This document shows positions 33,630 through 43,694 of a stretch of 64,000 bases of DNA, piece after piece. Position 1 is the stretch's first letter. Each line of letters opens with the position of its first letter. The notes under the pieces are model-generated. The model was not told the origin of the DNA and did no database searches. It saw only the letters and a program-made list of their open reading frames with translations. This DNA is from Schizochytrium sp. TIO01 (lineage: Eukaryota > Protista > Bigyra: Labyrinthulomycetes): NCBI GenBank assembly GCA_004764695.1, contig SMSO01000025.1, positions 3,162,001 through 3,226,000 on the forward strand. Reading direction: 5' to 3'. Position numbers and translations under genes: made by a program.

Positions 33630-36600
33630 GCCAGCTTTCGGCAGAGTTTGGCACCACTGCGTGCGTGCTGGGGCCACTAAAAACTTCAAGATCATGACGG
33701 CCGGAACTCGCGAGTTTTGCTTGCTTAATAATAGGTCCATTTGCATTTGTTGCTTGCTGGGCATGAACGAATGAATCAATGGAAACGCTGCTGCTGTTGC
33801 GAGGGGCGTTCCGAAGGAACTCGCCGGGAGCGTAGAGCAGTGCCGACAGCTTGAGGTCTTACGCGGTGAGTAGTCTGATCAGGGGACGTTGAAGCCCGAT
33901 TTCCATAGTCTAAACAGAGGGCGGGTTTCCTCGTGGTGATGATGAGACAGTAGGTGCCTAGGAGGTGCGCAGATCAGCCAAAGCGTCCCAAGCTCCAAGA
34001 ATTTGCAAGAGACTCTGCTACTGCGTTACTTATTCACAAAGGCAAGCATAGGGAAGAGGCAAAACCAGAAGAAGAAGCAATGAGGAGCACTCTCATCAGT
34101 CAGAGCAGAGGCTATTTCTGGCACTCTTGCACTTGCTGAAGCTGGGTAAGAGCTCGAGCTGTAGAAACGGGTGTCTCGTTCGTTCTAGTGAAGATCGATG
34201 TCATTGAGGCTGGACCCAAATGGGTCATCACGATGATGAAATTATTTTGAAGGGAGAACAGATCGAAACAATGACCTCCCAAGTTCCTTGTTTGCGAAAT
34301 GTGCCGTGAGGACGCCCATGAAAGACCCAATAAGATCGCTATGGCGATCTATATTTGATTGCACTGGCCGAACTCGGTGGGCTCGTGCTGCCTTAGTAGC
34401 ATTTACAACTCTGAAATGATCATCCGAATAAGAACGATCTTGACCATCGACCGCAGGTTGTATGAAAATTCGAGTTTGATCAAATATATATTGATTTTTT
34501 TTTTTAAAGTAAATGTTGAATTTTTTTAATTTTTAATTTTTTTTTCTAAAAAGATAATGTTGGTAAAAATACAAAACAATAAAAAGCAATCTCGCTTGTC
34601 GGAAAGAACCAACTATCAAATAGTCTCACATCAAAGAAACTTGTCCTGAGTCATGGCGGTTGTTTTGACCCAAGTCAAAGGATTGGTAGAAGTAGCCTCT
34701 GGGCAGTGAGACTGTACAAATGAGGTTTAAAACCATGGAAGAAAAGTAGATAGGCCCCACTTAGTACCTAGATAGTTACCCAATCTTGGAAGGAAAAGCA
34801 ACCCTTTCTGTTTGTGATATTCTGCGTGAGTGAATGTGAAGTGTAATGGAGATTAACTCGAACTTACCATATTGGCCGCATTGCTGATTTTGAGCAACAC
34901 GTATGGAGTTGAGAGTTCTGAGATAACTTTGGGCTTCTTTTGGTTTATGGAGATGTGTGAGATACAACTTAGACCCTTCAAAGCCTTTTCAGAATGGCAA
35001 GTCCCCAGGCGGTAATCCTTATTTTAAAAGAAAAGAAAACTTCAGATTTGATCCCGATTTAAACGCTGAGACTAATGCACTTGATGGTTTGTGTATTCGT
35101 TTTGTTTACAAATTGGCGAAACACTCGTTTTGTGGGATTCCCAAAATCAATGCTTACGAGCGCGTTCTTCCCCATAAGATCATACAGTGGTTGGATTTCC
35201 GAGAGAATAACTAGTATGGCTTGAATGGCCTAGTTGCCCAAGCAACCTAGGTGGCTAGAATTTTTGCAAGCCCTTTAGGACAATCATAAATTTGCCCGGG
35301 GGTTTCTATTTACCTAGCCTTCTTCTTTAGCTTTACGCATAATCAAAATATTTTTAATCGCGCCTTTTCCTTGTCTCTCAGATTTTAATGCATCTTAATT
35401 GCCCAAATCAAAACGATGTTCGAGTTCTACAAACAACGTGCCTTTGCAACTCGAACGCAAAGACAATGCCTTGTCGATGTGAGATTTCCGAACTTTATAT
35501 TCTAACTTTTCTTTTGCGAGTGCTTGGATCTCGTATATTCCCAAGCCGGTATGCTATAAGAAGAAGCTAAGCCCTTGTGAGTAGTGGTACTAAACTGTAG
35601 AAGGGCATCCCTCATCGTGTCCTAGCGCAAACTTCAGATGCCATGCTTCTATTGCCTAAATAAAAAGGCACAGAGCCAAGACTCTTTTCTGTGGTGCGCC
35701 ACTACTTTCTTTCTTTAATTGTGACCTTTGATTTCGAAGTTGTGGCTCGACTCATCCTCAATTTTCCTCTGCCTTGAAGAACAAACTAATCTGCTGCATG
35801 AATACCATCTTACCTCGGCCAAGTTCTCCCATCCCCCTTCGAGTATCGTGAAATAGCACATAAAGAGATATCAACCCCTGCTTATAAACAATCTCAGCTC
35901 GTCGACTCTCGCGAGTTTCCATGGGCGCCGCCCCTTTCTTTGTATAACCTTGAAAACACAACTTCCCAACAGTGTAGACTTTTTCACGCACACCTTCAGG
36001 GAAATGCTCCAGCAGACCTCCCCTTGTCTCGTAGTGAAACGCTGCGCCCCTTCCATTCTCAGGCAACCATGGGCTTCTTCATCTAACCTAATCCTCAATC
36101 TTCTTCCCATGAATGATCGCTTGGTTGCTTTGACGAAAACAATGAATTGACGAAGGAAATAAGGAACATGCTTTTCGTACCTGGGACCGGACATCCTTAC
36201 TACGGCGCTATTGAGCGCCGGAATTACCCTCGATTCGTCCAGAGTTTCTCGCCGGCCTCTTTACTTGAATAACCTATCTTTGCCAAAGCCCAGTGCCGCG
36301 CCTTCATAGTCTACATTCCGCCTTCCGAGAAGTAGTTTATAGCTTCCTTAGTGGGCTTGTGAGAATATTTATTCTACTTATCACAGCTCTAAGTTACTGA
36401 ATACAATAAAGGCAGCCGCCAAGGTATGAATGAACAAATAAACACATACGAGCAAACATGCAAAGAAACATATAGTGAAGAATGCATAAGTGAAGTATTC
36501 ATATACCTCACTTGTGGCAGTTGATTGTCTACTGTGGTTCCGGTTTGTTTGACCGTGTAGCACTTTGTAGTGATTGATGCTCTGTTTCTTGCCTTTTTCT

Positions 36601-37595
36601 CGTCTTCTTCGAGGCTCCTTGCTTTTGCGCGCCGCAGACCTTGAGCCTGCGGCGGCGGGCGCGGCGGCGTCGAGGGGCCGTCGTGCTGCGTGGTGGTGGA
36701 GGAATATCTCGCCACCCCTCCGTGAGGCTGCCTGCAGCTTCCGCGGCTGTGATCCGGATCGGCGGCGGTAGCATCAGCCAGCCAGCCAGCGCTTGCTTGG
36801 TGGCGGCGGGACCAGTCTGAGGCGGCGCAGCGGCAATCTTTGAGCCAGGGTCGGTGCAAGAAACCGCCAATCTCATCTGATTCGCGTTGTAACGATTGTA
36901 TAATAAACACGAGGAGGCGGCCAGGCACTGATACAAGTTAGTCATCTTCACGAGCGCCGGATTTGAATTCCAGACAAATACTGTACTCGAAATCCAAATA
37001 CCACTAGACTTTTGCGGTGCTTAACTTAAAGCTCAAGTGAACTTGTGCAAATTGCGTCGATTTTATCCGCACAGACCGCTCTTATCAGTATCCCGGGTTG
37101 CGTTTTAAAGCCTGTAGAGGACGCGGGAGTCCCTAATTGAGGTCTGGTTGCATCCTTTGGAGTTGACCGTCCTACATTTTTGAGAAGAGGAGCTTAAAAC
37201 CTTGCGTTGCCAATCCCTGGAAGATAAAAGTAGGAGCTAGAGAAGCGTGGTACTGACAAGGCAAGGTCCTAAGATCTGAATTATCATTACTGCCTTCATC
37301 TCATTTCTAGAGTTGTTTGACTGAACCTGTGGAACGCGAGCTTGCGAATCGCGTCTGCCTGCCTACCTTCCTACTTACTTCTCCTTCTCCCCCTGTGCGT
37401 GGATCCTTGTTTTTCATTTTTCATTTTTCTATTCTCCCTGGTAATCCTTTTTGAAGGTCAAGGGAATTTCCTCAAGCAAGAAGCTCTTGCTTTCTGGCTT
37501 GAGATCGAGCCTTCACTTTTATTCGCATCAATACCTTTATTATTGTCAAACCTGCAGCAACTTTTTCCGGGAGTCGTTTCTACCATAATAACAGC

Positions 37596-40500
37596 ATGGA
37601 TCTTGCAGAGGACACAATCAACCTGGAGCCGAAGGGGGCTGCCGGGTGGAACCATCTGCACCTAGCTGCTGCGACGGGAAACTTCAAAGCACTCTTGAAT
37701 CTGCTCAACGTAGTTGCAGAGCAGAAAAATGAACCCAGTGACGACAGAACTCGAAGGCGACCTTTCTTAGGAGCAGAAGATCGAAGTGTCAGTTTTAAAA
37801 AAGAAAGTCTTTTGGAATCTCGTACATCCAGCGGCGATCGGGCCTTTCATGTTGCCCTGCGTAATGGTCAGGCCCTAGCTGCGCGTGAGCTTGCGCGTGC
37901 TGGTGCTGACATCAAATCTCGCGGTAAAGATGGCGAGTCAGCGGCGCATATTTGCGCTTACATGGACATGGCCGAGGAGCTTACTTGGATGATCCGATCT
38001 CACCACTTAGATCCAACAACCACGACAGATCGAGGAGAAACGGTGATTCATTGTGCCAGTCGGGAGTGTCGTATAAGCTTCCTAGAATGGGCTATCCGCG
38101 AGCCCTTTTGTACTCCAGAATTCTTTGTACAGGCTGATAAGCAAAATCAGTCTTGTCTCCATTACGCCGCGCGTAATGGAATCCGCACTGGCGTTCAGTG
38201 GGTGCTCGACCACCTTGATTCGCTCGAAAAAGATAATCCTGAGTTTGATGTGCTGGTAGCTCTACCCGTGAATAACCAAGGCAAGGATCCGTGTGCCTTG
38301 GCACGCAGTGAAGGGCACTACATGTGTGCTGAGCTTATCGACGAGTATCGTAAAACAAAGATTCGGGATCGTAAGTTCCGCAAACAAACTCTGAAACGTA
38401 TGCTCGATGCTGCACGGCGGGACAATCTTAAGAGTGTACAACACCTTACCAAGAAACATTCACGATACTTTGATATTCTTACAGCACGAAATGCTCGCTC
38501 TGGTAATTGTGCAGCCTTTGAGGCCGCTGCCACTGGTAGCGTAGAAGTCGTACGTTGGATTTTGGAACGCTCAAGTCGCGATGGGCACTCGTATGTGGAC
38601 GAAAAACATATTCGCACGGGTGAGACCTTGCTGCACAAGGCTGCACTTTCAGGAAGTGACGATCTCGTCAGACTTCTTATAGAGCGTGGTTTTGATGTAG
38701 ATGCGAAGAATGCCAAAGGGGAAACCGTTCTTCAAGTTACACCTTCACATTATACAAAGGTTGTGGACCTCCTTAAAGCCGAGGAGGAGCGCATCGCAAA
38801 TAAAGCTGCCGCTGAAGCTGCCGCCGAAGCAGCTGAAGCCGAAGCAGCAGCTGCTGCTGCTGCCGCTGAAATACAAGCTCCTGCTCGAAGTAGTAGTATC
38901 GCTAGTCAAGAAGCCGGAGAAGGTCGTGCGACATCGCCAGCCATCAATGGCGTGCGGCGATCTAAATCGGCATCGACAACGACTTCGATGCAGTCCCGTC
39001 TAGAGGAGAAACTTTCACAACTCAAGGAATGGCTCGTGGAATTAGATATGGAAAATTGGCTCGATAAGATGTGTGAGGAGGGTTTTGATTCTCTGGAGCG
39101 GGCGCAGCTCATCAACGAGGATGACCTTGCTGATTGGGGTATGAAAAAGGGTTATCGTCGCTCTTTCCTTCGAGCTCTTGAATCGCTCCGTATTGACGAT
39201 CACGAACCTGATGCTGCAGATCTTGCATCTGAGCCTTCGAGCCCGGCTGGCGCTGCCATAGGATCTGCTCGACGCGGGAACAGCGGTGGACATAACAAAC
39301 CATACACGGAACGTCCGCATGTCTTTGATGACATGCTTAATGACTTGCAAGAAGGAGACGAGGTTACTATTGATGCTTTCACAGCCGGGAACAAGTATTC
39401 GCAAGGACAGCCACGTCGCTACATTTTGCGCAGATCAGGTCATGTGTATGAATGCACCTGCCCAGAGTGGAAACTAAACAAGGAGCCTCGTGAGGCAAGA
39501 ACCTGTGAACATCTCAAGGAGTTTCGTGGTGAGCAAGCCGAGCTCCGTCGCATTGACCTGCAGCGTACGCGTGCTTACAACATGCAGTCACTTCATGACG
39601 AATTCCGGGAACGTATCCGTAAGAAAAGGCAAGAGAATTCACGTGTTTCTTCTTCTTCAACGTCCTCAAGTTCTACTGGATCATCTTTCTCGAGCACTTC
39701 GGCAGATATGTCGAGATCAACAGCGATGCGGTCCCAGTCGGAACGCAATATGTTGGCGTCACAATCACGGGAATCTAGTTTTCAAGACTCTGTGGGCGTG
39801 CCATCACACCAAATACTTGCCTATGAGGAATTAACTTTTGGCCAAATCATTGGCGAGGGTTCCTTTGGCGTTGTACGTGCTGCTGAATGGCGTGGTATGC
39901 TTGTTGCTGTCAAGGAACTTCGCGGTAATGAAAAGCTCCTTTTGGCTGGTTCGAACCCAGCGGGAGTAGAAGTGGATGAAACACTCATGGTAGGTCCGAA
40001 AAATCCGGAGGGCCCTCCCGGTCTAACTCGATGTGTATCCTCATCTTCATCAGAGGAATGGGATTTGAAACACGAAGCTGCAATGATGTCTCGCGTAAGC
40101 AACCACGAGAATATTGTACCGTTTGTGGGTGTACTCCTCACCCCTCGCCCGTGTGTTGTTACCAAACTTATGCGCGGAGGATCTGTAGAAGACATGCTCG
40201 TGGTGCCTGGACCTCTGTACAAACGAAAAACGATGCCAGAGGTGCGGATCTTGCAAATGCTAGTCGACGCCGCTGCCGGCGTTCTGCATTTGCATTCTGA
40301 AGGTGTGATTCATCGAGATATTGCTTCACGGAACCTTTTAGTGGACGAGAATCTACGCGTCAAAGTCGCAGATTTCGGTTTCGCTAGAATTAAGGAGATC
40401 AATCGTTCCAAGGGCTACACATCTCAGCATGTTGGTCCCATTAAGTGGATGGCTCCTGAGGCCATGCGTTACCGCCGTTTTTCGGAACAGACGGATGTGT

Positions 40501-40850
40501 TTTCTTTTGGTGTAACTTTGTTTGAAGTCTTAGTCGGCAAAAAGCCATGGGAGGGAATCGAAAGTATGGATGTGGTGTATCGCATCTGTGATGGCGAGCG
40601 TCAGCTTGTGCCAGCTGAAATCGAATGTCAACAAGCTTTGCGTGATCTAGTTGAGCATTGCCAGCGCCATGGACCTGAGGATCGCCCGGTTATGAAAGAG
40701 GTGCACAAAGCGCTGTCCAATACGTTGCATACGTCTCAGGCGGCCATGGCTAGACCTTCGCCTCCACCTACATCCCCTTCACCTCCACCTGTAAGCACAC
40801 CAGCACCAAGTAACAACGCTGGTCGAGCGTACGCTCCTTTTCGAAGGTAG
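37596..40850 (+). CDS. Ankyrin-repeat / SAM / SWIM zinc finger / TKL-or-TK-type protein kinase (1084 aa)
   Basis: Ankyrin repeats (GWNHLHLAAATGN, GETVIHCA, QSCLHYAARNG, GETLLHKAALSG...GFDVDAKNAKGET). SAM (LKEWLVELDMENW...EGFD...EDDLADWGMKKGYRR, ~39021-39189). SWIM CTC..CEH. Kinase GEGSFG, VAVK, HRDIASRN, DFG, GPIKWMAPE, DVFSFG. Confidence 0.92.
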   Translation: MDLAEDTINLEPKGAAGWNHLHLAAATGNFKALLNLLNVVAEQKNEPSDDRTRRRPFLGAEDRSVSFKKESLLESRTSSGDRAFHVALRNGQALAARELARAGADIKSRGKDGESAAHICAYMDMAEELTWMIRSHHLDPTTTTDRGETVIHCASRECRISFLEWAIREPFCTPEFFVQADKQNQSCLHYAARNGIRTGVQWVLDHLDSLEKDNPEFDVLVALPVNNQGKDPCALARSEGHYMCAELIDEYRKTKIRDRKFRKQTLKRMLDAARRDNLKSVQHLTKKHSRYFDILTARNARSGNCAAFEAAATGSVEVVRWILERSSRDGHSYVDEKHIRTGETLLHKAALSGSDDLVRLLIERGFDVDAKNAKGETVLQVTPSHYTKVVDLLKAEEERIANKAAAEAAAEAAEAEAAAAAAAAEIQAPARSSSIASQEAGEGRATSPAINGVRRSKSASTTTSMQSRLEEKLSQLKEWLVELDMENWLDKMCEEGFDSLERAQLINEDDLADWGMKKGYRRSFLRALESLRIDDHEPDAADLASEPSSPAGAAIGSARRGNSGGHNKPYTERPHVFDDMLNDLQEGDEVTIDAFTAGNKYSQGQPRRYILRRSGHVYECTCPEWKLNKEPREARTCEHLKEFRGEQAELRRIDLQRTRAYNMQSLHDEFRERIRKKRQENSRVSSSSTSSSSTGSSFSSTSADMSRSTAMRSQSERNMLASQSRESSFQDSVGVPSHQILAYEELTFGQIIGEGSFGVVRAAEWRGMLVAVKELRGNEKLLLAGSNPAGVEVDETLMVGPKNPEGPPGLTRCVSSSSSEEWDLKHEAAMMSRVSNHENIVPFVGVLLTPRPCVVTKLMRGGSVEDMLVVPGPLYKRKTMPEVRILQMLVDAAAGVLHLHSEGVIHRDIASRNLLVDENLRVKVADFGFARIKEINRSKGYTSQHVGPIKWMAPEAMRYRRFSEQTDVFSFGVTLFEVLVGKKPWEGIESMDVVYRICDGERQLVPAEIECQQALRDLVEHCQRHGPEDRPVMKEVHKALSNTLHTSQAAMARPSPPPTSPSPPPVSTPAPSNNAGRAYAPFRR

Positions 40851-42026
40851 TTTCAGGATTTCCTAGTTTCTCCTTCGCACTTTAAACAGACAGTGGGGTT
40901 CTTTGCCAGACCAGCTGACTAGTCTGCTATTTTTTTACCTCAATGTCTTCGACTCTCGATCTCTTTCTGCCTGAAACGAACCTTCCCCTTCTTCAGATTT
41001 CTGATGGCTATGTATGCCTGACAAACTAAGTATAATATGAGCGCTCTCCCTTTCAATTTATCAAGGCACATATTTCCTAACACTTATATTTACCCAACGC
41101 TACGCATTGCGTTGCTTCAATTTGAATAGCATGCCAAGCGTGGGCAAGACCACATGTTCATCTGCATTCTTGTGTTTTGCCAAATCATCATTCATTTTCT
41201 ATACCTAATCTACTAAAATAAAGACTTTACCTCTATTAATTTGCATTACATGTCGCGTCTTGATTCAGGACGAGCCATTAACCCGAATTATGTGGTATTC
41301 TATTTGGACATCATAAGTGTCATAGTTATGATAAAAGAGTTCTTGATCTTTGATTTTGCAGAATCACATTGTAGATCACACAGTATTGAGAACAGCTGCT
41401 CAAACTGCCAAGTCCATCTTATCATATAAAGGTATTCTCACTCATGAAAATACCTTCTGTCAAGGCTATCCTTTCTTTCTTTTTTAAAGTAACAAAGAGT
41501 GCATGAACGTCAGTACTTTTTGAATAGCTCAATGATCAGAAAAAGACTCTGTAAGACTGGTCTACTTTCCCACCAGTCTTCCAGAATCACTGTCACAGTA
41601 GGTGCTTAGGTACGTACCTACGACCAGCGCTATAAGAGGAGAGCTCCCTGAGCTGCCACTGCCCTTTCTTCTTTCCTATAACACAGCTTTCCACAGTGGA
41701 GATAAAATTGGAACAAGCTATTGCACCCACCTCAGTACCATTGATGGTAGGTGACTTTCTCTCATACGAAGTATTAGTAACAGGAATAGTAGTACAATAG
41801 TAATAATATTACTAGTAGTAGTAGTACCTCGTGCCATCGAGACAACTTTTCATGATCTTTACATCTAATGAACCTTGCAGATAGTTTCCAAACCAAAATC
41901 AACAATATAGGCCCTCCCTAGGCATCGTCTGGCCTCTCGAGTGAGGGTGCCTTTAGACCGAGCACTGCCCTTTCATTTTTATTGAAAAATGGCTCAGGTT
42001 AGTTGGTTCCCCGATGATGACTTGTT

Positions 42027-42263
42027 TCAGGCCAGGTCGCAGTGCAATACTTCCAGCTTTCTCACTCAAAGCGCAGAACGTGCGGACTTAGTAAGCAAGA
42101 AGCGGTTGAATGAGTCTTCAACTCTCACTCGCAACTTTCGCGACGCCTCCCATGGGAACATAGAACCCCCGCTCGCCTTCTCCAATTCCTCCGCTGGCGT
42201 TACCCACTCAAGAACCAGTATTAATTCTCCTGGCTATCTCAATCTATCTAATACCTCCATATC
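42027..42263 (-). pseudogene. Possible decayed protein-kinase fragment
   Basis: One minus frame reads DMEVLDRLR*PGELILVLEWV...SAL*VRKLEVLHCDLA*, resembling kinase subdomains III-VIb in order, with three stops. Confidence 0.3.
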
Positions 42264-43381
42264 AGGTGTATCTAAACTAGGCTTAAAAGACTCGTTTCTG
42301 GGCTTCGCGATTGCCGCTTTTCACGAAAATAAATATTAATTTATTAATTTGAAGGTGATCTTGCATAAACTCTGACTGGGAAGCAGGACCTCGGTCAGTA
42401 CAATCTTACATGCGCAGATCATGCCAAGTTCGGCATGTAGCGCAGCAATCGCAATACGTTCAAGTTGATAGCGCAATAATTTCACTCTTTTTTTCTGATT
42501 TTCATAACACAGTGTGCGCTAATCAGGATGCTGCCCAAGAATCTTATTCGCTTCTCTTGTATTCGACTACCTACTGAGCTAGATTAGCGACTTTGGATTT
42601 TATCGACATGACGTCGATACTACCTGGCAAACACAACTTCTTCGTGGCAGTGAATTTCCTCATCCCACAACTAGAGCAGCCCGGACTAAGAATGGTGACT
42701 GTGACGAGTTTCACATCATGATTCTTCACTTACCTCCGCAGAAGAAGTAGCAAACATCTACCTACCTCATCATGAGCACAGTAGCGAGCGTGCTCCCTCG
42801 CGTGCTGGCAGCTCGTGGTCGGTCGATGTGGTAGCACGAGCGCCGGAATACCTAACTACTTTCACCGCTGCTCTCGGCAACCTTGGATTGCTGAGTTTTG
42901 AGAACTCCTCCAGCGCTGCAGCTAGTTTACTGTAGGTACTGCACACGTGCTGCCATCGTTTCACGGAGCGGATCGACCGTGCCATCAACAGGCTGCTCAC
43001 GAATCAGCTGATGCTGCATGCAGTGGTGCACAACTCCGCCCTGCACAGACTTGGAGTTAGCTTTGCTCTTGACTAAATTTGAAGTTCTAGGTTCTTCCGC
43101 GGCAAAAACAGTGCGTGGCTTGAAGATGATTCGGGCTGCTTAGTGGAAGGAGCAGTTCGCTAATTTGCCAAGTTCCAGGTAGTCCCTGACTGGCTTAGTC
43201 GCCGCTAGCTAAAACACCTAAGGTGCCCGAACCTGGCGCATTCAACTCGTTGACAAGCAGGTTGTCTCACAAAAGGCTCATCAAGCAACTCCGTCCTTGG
43301 CAAGAAATGAGGAGGAAGTAAACCCCTTTCAGATGAACCTCAAAGACTAAACAGTGCCGCTAACGTTGTTGGCTGATCAGC

Positions 43382-43605
43382 AAAGCCGCAAGTTGCTCAA
43401 AAGGGCAAATCTTGGTAAGGTTGTGAACGTGCCATCTGTACAGCACGTGCTGATCTTGCTCTGTGTGAACTTTGGCTCTGTCTTTTGTTGCTGAGCAGGA
43501 AAGCCGCAAGTTGCTCGAAAGGGCAAAGCTTGGTAAGGCCGTGAACGTGCCATCCGTAAGTCACGTGCTGATCTTGCTCTGTGTGGACTTTGACTTTGTC
43601 TTTTG
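43382..43605 (+). repeat. Tandem duplication (2 x ~106 bp, 118-bp period), each copy carrying splice-signal-like motifs, upstream of the Patched-like gene
   Basis: aaagccgcaagttgctc...ttgGTAAGG...gctgatcttgctctgtgtg...gtcttttg at 43382 and again at 43500, with scattered substitutions. Confidence 0.85.
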
Positions 43606-43694
43606 CAAGGTTAGCTGAGCAAGGCTAGTTTGAGCTGGGTTGTAGTACCAGAACAGGTGAGGCAAATTCAGGTCACGCATACGTGCAGAGAACG

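Noticed and set aside
34735-36951. Scattered 60-180 aa ORFs upstream of the kinase gene
   Set aside because: Overlapping frames with no family motif; the GC-rich part looks like promoter/leader sequence.
39990-40055. Intron-like signals (GTAGGT...CTAAC...CAG) in the kinase insert
   Set aside because: The ORF is open without splicing and the first CAG acceptor (40053) would frameshift; needs RNA-seq.
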